Source: an uncultured Pelagibacteraceae bacterium
GTDB taxonomy: Bacteria > Pseudomonadota > Alphaproteobacteria > Pelagibacterales > AG-422-B15
DNA: 62,180 bases
Direction: 5' to 3'
Assembly: GCA_902510025.1 (NCBI GenBank)
Contig: CABWZX010000003.1
Coordinates: forward strand, 1-62,180
The notes under the pieces: generated by a model
What the model saw: only the letters and a program-made list of their open reading frames with translations
Told to the model about the DNA's origin: nothing
The model's database searches: none
Made by a program: the position numbers and the translations under genes
In this document: positions 55,335 through 62,180 of the stretch, in pieces
Layout: each line of letters starts with the position of its first letter
Numbering within the stretch: the first letter of the stretch is position 1

Positions 55335-57410
55335 ATGACAAGAGAATATCCCTTAAAAAAATATAGAAATATTGGAATTATGGCTCATATTGATGCAGGT
55401 AAGACTACAACTACCGAAAGAATATTATATTACACGGGTAAAAGTCATAAGATAGGAGAAGTTCATGATGGTGCTGCCACAATGGATTGGATGGAGCAAG
55501 AGCAAGAAAGAGGAATAACTATAACCTCTGCCGCTACAACATGTTTTTGGAAGGATCATAGAATTAATATTATTGATACACCTGGCCATGTTGATTTTAC
55601 AATTGAAGTTGAAAGGTCTTTAAGGGTTCTTGATGGTGCAGTAGCAGTATTTGATGGAGTTGCAGGTGTTGAGCCTCAGACAGAGACAGTTTGGAGACAG
55701 GCAAATAGGTACAAGGTTCCTCGAATGTGTTTTATCAATAAGATGGATCGTACTGGGGCTGATTTCTACAAATGTCTTGAGATGATAAAAGATAGACTTC
55801 AGGCTAATGCTCTAGTTTTACAGATACCTTATGGAAGTGAATCAAATTTAAAAGGTGTAATTGACTTAGTAAAAAATCAGGCAATTGTTTGGGCAAATGA
55901 AGATTTGGGAGCAAATTATGAATATGTTGATATTCCTGAAGACCTAAAAGAGATATCAGAGAAGTATCGTTCAGAAATGGTCGAGATGGCCGTAGAACAA
56001 GATGAAGAAGTTCTAGAGAAATATTTAGATGGAGTAGAGCCAGACGAAGAAACTTTAAATAGATGCATAAGAAAAGGAACTATTAATTTTGAATTTGTTC
56101 CTATACTAACTGGTAGTGCCTTTAAGAATAAAGGGGTTCAGCCACTCTTGGATGCAGTTGTTAGTTTTATGCCTGATCCAAGTGAAGTACAACAAGCCAC
56201 GGGAACGATACCAGGAAAAGAAGAAGAAGAATCTCGAAAAGCCTCAGATGAAGAACCGTTCTCAGCATTGGCTTTTAAAGTAGCAAACGATCCATTTGTT
56301 GGATCACTTACATTTACAAGAATATATTCAGGTAAACTTGAAACTGGATCAACAATTCTTAACTCTGTAAAAGATGACAAAGAACGAATTGGAAGGATGC
56401 TCTTGATGCATGCAAATAACAGAGAAGACATCAAAATTGCATATGCTGGTGATATAGTCGCAATTGCTGGTTTAAAAGACACTATCACTGGTGAAACTTT
56501 ATCAGATCCTCAAAAACCAATTGTTCTTGAGTCAATGGATTTTCCCGATCCTGTAATTGAGATTGCAGTAGAACCTAAAACAAAAGCAGACCAGGAAAAG
56601 ATGGGTGAGGCACTAGCAAGACTTGCGAAAGAAGACCCTTCCTTTAGGGTCACATCAGATGAAGAGTCAGGACAAACAGTTATTAAAGGAATGGGTGAAC
56701 TTCATTTAGATATTATTGTTGATAGAATGAAAAGAGAATTTAATGTTGAAGCAAACATTGGTGCCCCACAAGTTGCTTATCGGGAAACAGTTTCGAAAGA
56801 AGTAGATGTTACATACACACATAAAAAGCAAAGTGGAGGAGCCGGACAGTTTGCTGAAGTTAATATAATTGTTGAAAGTGGAGAACCAGGAAGTGGAAGG
56901 ATTTTTGAAGATAAAATTAAAGGCGGTAATATTCCAAAAGAATACATACCTGGAGTTCAAAAGGGTATTGAAGGAGTTGCAGATACTGGTGTAATTGCAG
57001 GTTTCCCAATTATAGATTACAAAGTTACTTTAGTTGATGGAAAGTATCATGATGTTGATTCAAGTAGTTTAGCATTTGAAATCGCCGGTAGAATGGCTTT
57101 TAAAGATGCCTGTCTAAAAGCGGGTCCAAAATTACTGGAGCCTATCATGAGAGTGGAAGTTGTGACTCCTGAAGAATTTATGGGCGACGTAATTGGTGAT
57201 CTAAGTAGTAGAAGAGGTCAAGTGAGTGGCAGTGAGGCTCGAGGAAATACTACTGCAATAAGTTCAATGGTGCCTCTAGCTAATATGTTTGGATATGTAA
57301 ACACATTGAGATCTATGACTCAAGGAAGAGCTCAATATTCAATGTTTTTTGATCACTATGAACAAGTACCACAAGCCGTACAAGATGAGGTGAAAGCTAA
57401 ATTTGCTTAA
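55335..57410 (+). CDS. fusA: elongation factor G
   Basis: [25 protein letters not shown]; start corrected to MTREY. Confidence 0.99.
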   Translation: MTREYPLKKYRNIGIMAHIDAGKTTTTERILYYTGKSHKIGEVHDGAATMDWMEQEQERGITITSAATTCFWKDHRINIIDTPGHVDFTIEVERSLRVLDGAVAVFDGVAGVEPQTETVWRQANRYKVPRMCFINKMDRTGADFYKCLEMIKDRLQANALVLQIPYGSESNLKGVIDLVKNQAIVWANEDLGANYEYVDIPEDLKEISEKYRSEMVEMAVEQDEEVLEKYLDGVEPDEETLNRCIRKGTINFEFVPILTGSAFKNKGVQPLLDAVVSFMPDPSEVQQATGTIPGKEEEESRKASDEEPFSALAFKVANDPFVGSLTFTRIYSGKLETGSTILNSVKDDKERIGRMLLMHANNREDIKIAYAGDIVAIAGLKDTITGETLSDPQKPIVLESMDFPDPVIEIAVEPKTKADQEKMGEALARLAKEDPSFRVTSDEESGQTVIKGMGELHLDIIVDRMKREFNVEANIGAPQVAYRETVSKEVDVTYTHKKQSGGAGQFAEVNIIVESGEPGSGRIFEDKIKGGNIPKEYIPGVQKGIEGVADTGVIAGFPIIDYKVTLVDGKYHDVDSSSLAFEIAGRMAFKDACLKAGPKLLEPIMRVEVVTPEEFMGDVIGDLSSRRGQVSGSEARGNTTAISSMVPLANMFGYVNTLRSMTQGRAQYSMFFDHYEQVPQAVQDEVKAKFA

Positions 57411-57418
57411 TTAAATTT

Positions 57419-57727
57419 ATGGATAATCAGAATATAAAAATAAGATTAAAAGCATTTGACCATAGTATTTTGGATAAATCCTCAATAGAAATTGTGGATA
57501 CGGCTAAGAGAACTGGAGCCTTAGTTAAGGGGCCTATACCTTTGCCTACCAATAATGAGAAGTTTACAGTTTTAAGATCACCTCATGTAAATAAAAAGAG
57601 TAGGGAACAATTTGAAATTAGAACTCATAAAAGATTAATTGAGATTGTAGATCCAACCCCACAAACAGTTGATGCCTTAATGAAGTTAGATTTAGCTTCT
57701 GGAGTTGACGTAGAAATAAAACTTTAA
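57419..57727 (+). CDS. rpsJ: 30S ribosomal protein S10
   Basis: IRLKAFD, GPIPLPT, RSPH, SREQFE. Confidence 0.98.
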   Translation: MDNQNIKIRLKAFDHSILDKSSIEIVDTAKRTGALVKGPIPLPTNNEKFTVLRSPHVNKKSREQFEIRTHKRLIEIVDPTPQTVDALMKLDLASGVDVEIKL

Positions 57728-57731
57728 GATT

Positions 57732-58451
57732 ATGAGAGCAGGGATAATAGCAAAAAAAATTGGAATGAGTAATTTATTTACACCTAACGGTGTAAATATA
57801 CCTATAACAGTTTTACATGTCGATGAATGTAAGGTCATCGAAAGAACAACAGATGTCGATGATTCTGATAAAGATAAAGTAATATTAGGTGCTTGCGAAC
57901 TTAAGAAAGTAAAAAATTCTACCAAGGGATATTTTGATAAGAAAAAAACTAAACCATATAAGCTAATTAAAGAATTTATAATTGAAAAATCTGAAGTAGT
58001 AAAATCGGGAGATGAAATTACTGTTGATCACTTCAAAGAAGGGCAGTTTATTGATATTTCAGGCGTATCAAAAGGAAAAGGTTTTGCGGGAGTTATGAAA
58101 AGACATAACTTTTCTGGATTGCGCGCAACTCATGGAGTATCTGCCGCACATAGAAGTGCAGGGTCTACTGGACAGTGCCAAGATCCTGGAAAAGTCTTTA
58201 AAGGTAAGAAGATGGCAGGGCAGTTAGGAAATGTTCATAAAACCATGCAGAGTTTACAAGTAGTAAAGATTGATCCAAATAAAAAGATTATTTGTATAAA
58301 AGGATCTACTCCAGGTAGCAGAGGCTCATGGTTAGTAATAGAAGATTCAATTAAACAAAAAGAAATAAAAGATATAGATGTAGTGTTTTCTGCCACGAAG
58401 AATAAGCCTGGAAAGAAAGAAGAATCTGGGAAGAAAGAGGAGAAAGAATAA
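57732..58451 (+). CDS. rplC: 50S ribosomal protein L3
   Basis: KKIGM, GKGFAGVMKRHNF, PGKVFKGKKMAG. Confidence 0.97.
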   Translation: MRAGIIAKKIGMSNLFTPNGVNIPITVLHVDECKVIERTTDVDDSDKDKVILGACELKKVKNSTKGYFDKKKTKPYKLIKEFIIEKSEVVKSGDEITVDHFKEGQFIDISGVSKGKGFAGVMKRHNFSGLRATHGVSAAHRSAGSTGQCQDPGKVFKGKKMAGQLGNVHKTMQSLQVVKIDPNKKIICIKGSTPGSRGSWLVIEDSIKQKEIKDIDVVFSATKNKPGKKEESGKKEEKE

Positions 58452-58456
58452 ATAAA

Positions 58457-59080
58457 ATGAATATCGAGACTTATCATTTAGATGGAAAAAAATCTGGGAC
58501 AGTAGATTTAAGCGATTCTATTTTTAGTTTAGATCCAGATTCATCAATCATGAGTACTTTAATATTGTGGAGTGAATCTAATCAGAAACCTTTAAGGGCA
58601 AGAACAAAAAATAGGTCCGAAGTAAAAGGAACAACGCAAAAATTTGGAAGGCAAAAAGGTGGAGGTGGGGCAAGACATGGATCTAAGAAAGCAAATATAT
58701 TTCGAAGCGGAGGAATGGCACATAATCTAAGAGGAAAAAGATCTGATAAAAAACTATCAAAAAATTTTAGAGAGCTTGCACTTAGGCACGTTTTATCATC
58801 AAAAATGAAAAATAAAGAAATTGTCTTGTATGATAAGCTTGCCTTGGAAGAACCTAAAACAAAAACTCTACAAAAAAACCTATCAAAGCTTGATATCTCT
58901 TCTGCTCTTATAATTGAAGGAGATTCACCTGATAAAAATTTTGCACTTGCGACACGAAATTTAAAGAATGTTAGATTTACTAATGCAGATGGGTTCGGTG
59001 CTTTGGATGTACTTAAGTATGATAAGTTTATAATGAGTAAAGATGCAATAGCCAATTTAGAAAAGAGAATCTTAAAATAA
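58457..59080 (+). CDS. rplD: 50S ribosomal protein L4
   Basis: RSEV, RQKG..GARHGS, PKTK; conserved position. Confidence 0.95.
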   Translation: MNIETYHLDGKKSGTVDLSDSIFSLDPDSSIMSTLILWSESNQKPLRARTKNRSEVKGTTQKFGRQKGGGGARHGSKKANIFRSGGMAHNLRGKRSDKKLSKNFRELALRHVLSSKMKNKEIVLYDKLALEEPKTKTLQKNLSKLDISSALIIEGDSPDKNFALATRNLKNVRFTNADGFGALDVLKYDKFIMSKDAIANLEKRILK

Positions 59081-59373
59081 TGAGCAATATAAAGAATTAC
59101 AAAATAATTGTTAAGCCAATAGTCACTGAAAAATCTTCACTTGGTTCTGAATTTAATCAAGTTACATTTAAGGTTGATAATCATTCCACTAAGAAAGAAA
59201 TTAAGATTGCAATTGAAGAGATCTTCAAGGTTAAAGTGAAGAAAGTTAATACGAGCAATGTTAAAGGAAAGCTAAAATCTTTTAGAGGTTCCCTTGGAAA
59301 AAGATCTAATTATAAAAAAGCTTTTGTTACACTTGAAGATGGTCAAACAATAGATATTAATGCAGGAGTATAG
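59080..59373 (+). CDS. rplW: 50S ribosomal protein L23
   Basis: PIVTEKS, F.VKV..VNT, KKAFVTL. Confidence 0.96.
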   Translation: MSNIKNYKIIVKPIVTEKSSLGSEFNQVTFKVDNHSTKKEIKIAIEEIFKVKVKKVNTSNVKGKLKSFRGSLGKRSNYKKAFVTLEDGQTIDINAGV

Positions 59374-59384
59374 ATTTAAGAAAT

Positions 59385-60230
59385 ATGCCTTTAAAGAAAT
59401 TTAGACCAAATACCCCTGGAACAAGAGGTCTCTCTCTTATAGATCGGAAGGGATTATGGACTGGTAAGCCACTAAAATCTTTGACATCCGGACTCTCGAA
59501 AAAGAGTGGAAGAAATAATAGTGGAAGAATTACGATGAGGAGAAGAGGAGGAGGTCATAAAAACAAATATAGACTTATTGATTTTAAGAGGTCCAAAGAC
59601 GATATTACTGCAGTTGTTGAAAGAATAGAGTATGATCCTAATCGTTCTACTTACATAGCTTTAATTAAATATGTAGACGGCATTTATTCTTATATATTGG
59701 CTCCTAAAGATTTAAAAAAAGGAGATGAAATTGTTTCAGGTAACAAAAAGGAAATAAAAGTTGGAAACAGCACTCCTATGTCTGATATTCCAGTAGGAAT
59801 AGATATTCATAATATCGAACTAAAACCTGGTTGCGGAGGTCAATTAGCAAGGTCTGCAGGTTCTTCAACTCAGATTATGGGAAAATCAGAAGGATATGTA
59901 GCAGTTAAACTACCGTCAGGAGAGCAGAGAAAGATTAGGGAAGATTGTAGAGCAACTATTGGAGTTTTATCAAATATTGATAAGAAGAATCAAAAGTTAG
60001 GAAAAGCTGGGAGAAGAAGATGGTTGGGCATAAGACCTTCAGTTAGAGGAGTTGCAATGAACCCAATTGACCATCCTCATGGAGGAGGAGAAGGTAAAAC
60101 TTCTGGTGGTAGAGATCCAGTAACACCTTGGGGTAAATCAACAAAAGGTAAGAAAACTAGAAATAATAAAAGAACTGATAAGTTTATTATTAAAAGAAAA
60201 ACAGATAAAAAAGCGAGAATAGAAGTATAG
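59385..60230 (+). CDS. rplB: 50S ribosomal protein L2
   Basis: [24 protein letters not shown]. Confidence 0.98.
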   Translation: MPLKKFRPNTPGTRGLSLIDRKGLWTGKPLKSLTSGLSKKSGRNNSGRITMRRRGGGHKNKYRLIDFKRSKDDITAVVERIEYDPNRSTYIALIKYVDGIYSYILAPKDLKKGDEIVSGNKKEIKVGNSTPMSDIPVGIDIHNIELKPGCGGQLARSAGSSTQIMGKSEGYVAVKLPSGEQRKIREDCRATIGVLSNIDKKNQKLGKAGRRRWLGIRPSVRGVAMNPIDHPHGGGEGKTSGGRDPVTPWGKSTKGKKTRNNKRTDKFIIKRKTDKKARIEV

Positions 60231-60233
60231 AAG

Positions 60234-60512
60234 ATGACTAGATCAATTTGGAAAGGACCATTCGTAGATGCACACCTATTAAAGAAAGTAAAAGCCTCTA
60301 TTGATTCAAATAAAAACACAGTAATTAAAACATGGTCAAGAAGATCAACAATTCTTCCTGAATTTGTAGGAGTTAATTTTGCAGTGCACAATGGTAAAAG
60401 ATTTATTCCAGTTAATGTTACTGAAGATATGGTTGGACATAAACTTGGAGAGTTCTCTCCAACCAGAACTTTTAATGGGCATACATCGGGCGATAAGAAG
60501 GCAAAATTATAA
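60234..60512 (+). CDS. rpsS: 30S ribosomal protein S19
   Basis: KGPFVD, WSRRSTI, GHKLGEF. Confidence 0.98.
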   Translation: MTRSIWKGPFVDAHLLKKVKASIDSNKNTVIKTWSRRSTILPEFVGVNFAVHNGKRFIPVNVTEDMVGHKLGEFSPTRTFNGHTSGDKKAKL

Positions 60513-60892
60513 TGAAACACCTCAAAAACAATGACAATGCAGCTTATGCAATTTTAAAAAATATGAGAACTAGTCCATCAAAGGCTAATATTGTCTTAGA
60601 GATGATACGTGGAAAAAAAGCATCTGAGGCAATAAATATTTTAAAGTTTTCTCAAAGAGCTATTGCTAAAGATATAAGTAAGGTGCTGCATAGCGCAATA
60701 TCAAATGCAGAGAATAACCATCAATTAGATATTGATATTTTGAAAGTAAGTGAGGCCTATTGTGGAAAAGGAATGGTAATGAAAAGATGGCGACCTCGAG
60801 CAAAAGGTAGAGCGGGACGTATAAATAAATTTTTTACCAATGTAACAATTAAAGTTGCTGAAGAACAAAAAGAAAGAAAATTAGAAGAGTAA
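60512..60892 (+). CDS. rplV: 50S ribosomal protein L22
   Basis: [24 protein letters not shown]. Confidence 0.96.
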   Translation: MKHLKNNDNAAYAILKNMRTSPSKANIVLEMIRGKKASEAINILKFSQRAIAKDISKVLHSAISNAENNHQLDIDILKVSEAYCGKGMVMKRWRPRAKGRAGRINKFFTNVTIKVAEEQKERKLEE

Positions 60893-60896
60893 TAAT

Positions 60897-61568
60897 ATGG
60901 GTCAGAAGGTAAATCCAATAGGTCTAAGGTTAATTCTTAATAAAAAATGGCAATCTAAATGGTATGCTAATAAGAAAGACTTTGGTAATTTTCTTCAAGA
61001 AGATATCAAAATTAGAGAATATCTTAAAAAGAAATTAAAAAATTGTGCTGTTGCCAAAGTACAAATTGAAAGACCTGCAAAGAAAGCACAAGTAACTATA
61101 TACTCTGCTAGGCCAGGTTTGATTATTGGTAAAAAAGGAAGTGATATTGAAAAACTTAAAAGAAAAATATCTGAATTTACCTCGGATGAGATTAATATTA
61201 ACTTAGTTGAGATTAGAAAGCCTGAAGTTGAGGCGCAGTTAATTGCAGATGCAATTGCAGAACAACTTGAAAGAAGAGTTTCTTTTAGAAGAGCTATGAA
61301 GAGAGCAGTTCAATCTGCAATTCGGCTTGGAGCTGATGGGATAAGAGTAAATTGTGGAGGCAGATTGGGCGGAACCGAAATAGCTAGGACAGAATGGTAT
61401 AGAGAAGGAAGAGTACCACTTCATACATTTAGAGCTAATGTTGATTATGCAGTTTCTACAGCAAAAACAACATATGGTGCATGTGGAATTAAGGTTTGGA
61501 TTTATAAAGGGGAGATTGATGATCATGCTCCCCATGAACTTGATAATAAATCAAATAAATTGGGATAA
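60897..61568 (+). CDS. rpsC: 30S ribosomal protein S3
   Basis: MGQKVNP, RPGLIIG, GRVPLHT. Confidence 0.98.
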   Translation: MGQKVNPIGLRLILNKKWQSKWYANKKDFGNFLQEDIKIREYLKKKLKNCAVAKVQIERPAKKAQVTIYSARPGLIIGKKGSDIEKLKRKISEFTSDEININLVEIRKPEVEAQLIADAIAEQLERRVSFRRAMKRAVQSAIRLGADGIRVNCGGRLGGTEIARTEWYREGRVPLHTFRANVDYAVSTAKTTYGACGIKVWIYKGEIDDHAPHELDNKSNKLG

Positions 61569-61572
61569 AATA

Positions 61573-61986
61573 ATGCTTCAACCAAAAAAAACTAAATATC
61601 GAAAAGCCCACAAAGGAAGAATCAAGGGTGTTGCGTCCTCTGCAACAACTTTAAACTATGGGACTTTTGGATTAAAAGCTATTGAGGCAGATCGTATAAC
61701 TGCACGTCAGATAGAGGCGGCTCGTGTTGCAATGACTAGATTTATGAAAAGAGCAGGAAGAGTTTGGGTAAGAATATTTCCAGATGTGCCTGTATCTAAA
61801 AAGCCTACAGAAGTAAGAATGGGTAAAGGGAAAGGATCTCCAGAATTCTGGGCATGTAGAGTAAAGCCAGGAAAAATATTATTTGAAGTTGATGGTGTCT
61901 CATATGCAATCGCAGTAGAGGCTTTCAGCAGAGCATCTTCGAAGCTACCTATCAAGACAAAAGTTGTTGAGCAATTAGTTAAATAG
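61573..61986 (+). CDS. rplP: 50S ribosomal protein L16
   Basis: MLQPK, RMGKGKG, KLP; start corrected to 61573. Confidence 0.98.
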   Translation: MLQPKKTKYRKAHKGRIKGVASSATTLNYGTFGLKAIEADRITARQIEAARVAMTRFMKRAGRVWVRIFPDVPVSKKPTEVRMGKGKGSPEFWACRVKPGKILFEVDGVSYAIAVEAFSRASSKLPIKTKVVEQLVK

Positions 61987-61991
61987 ATATT

Positions 61992-62180
61992 ATGAGAACT
62001 GAAGAAATAAGAAAAAAAACGCCAGATCAGCTAAAAGTTGAACTTGAAAATCTTTACAAGGAGTCTTTTAACTTAAGATTCCAAAAGTCTTCGGGGCAGC
62101 TTGAAAATACATCGCGTATATACAAAGTCAGGAAGTTAATAGCAAGAATCAAGACTATTATTAATCAAAAGATAAAAGAG
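61992..62180 (+). CDS. rpmC: 50S ribosomal protein L29, 3'-truncated (not in ORF track)
   Basis: MRTEEIRKK...FNLRFQ..GQLEN...IARIKT. Confidence 0.95.
   Translation, partial: MRTEEIRKKTPDQLKVELENLYKESFNLRFQKSSGQLENTSRIYKVRKLIARIKTIINQKIKE

Overview
AT-rich, very compact chromosome segment from a streamlined marine alphaproteobacterium. A SAR11- or HIMB59/AEGEAN-169-like origin is inferred from gene order, tiny spacers and proteorhodopsin; it is not proven. Bases 1-24 kb are mostly core genes: a dmdA-like gene, gph, glmU-glmS, class II DAHP synthase, nadE-gltX-cysS-cimA-trmJ-rpsD, purC-S-Q-L-grxD, purB, map and sfsA. Bases 24-41 kb form a mixed accessory zone around tRNA-Leu and tRNA-Thr. It holds a blue-tuned proteorhodopsin with no signal peptide, and a passenger-less inverse-autotransporter beta-barrel paired with a separately encoded secreted Cys-rich protein. 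It also holds NAD kinase, glpK, NAD-dependent formate dehydrogenase, a fatty-acid-hydroxylase-family gene and a BHMT-DMGDH-Rieske betaine operon. A four-gene sxtK/sxtJ/carbamoyltransferase/SGNH cassette lies here too; its 50-aa first gene is missing from the ORF track. Bases 41.7-62.2 kb are the tRNA-Tyr/Gly-tuf-tRNA-Trp-secE-nusG-rplKAJL-rpoBC-rpsLG-fusA-S10 superoperon, with only one tuf in the window. No integrase, transposase or CRISPR array was seen. The best candidates for an undescribed system are the split, two-gene inverse autotransporter (25065-27074) and the sxtKJI-like carbamoylation cassette (32326-35959). All family calls come from motif recognition by eye; no database searches were run.
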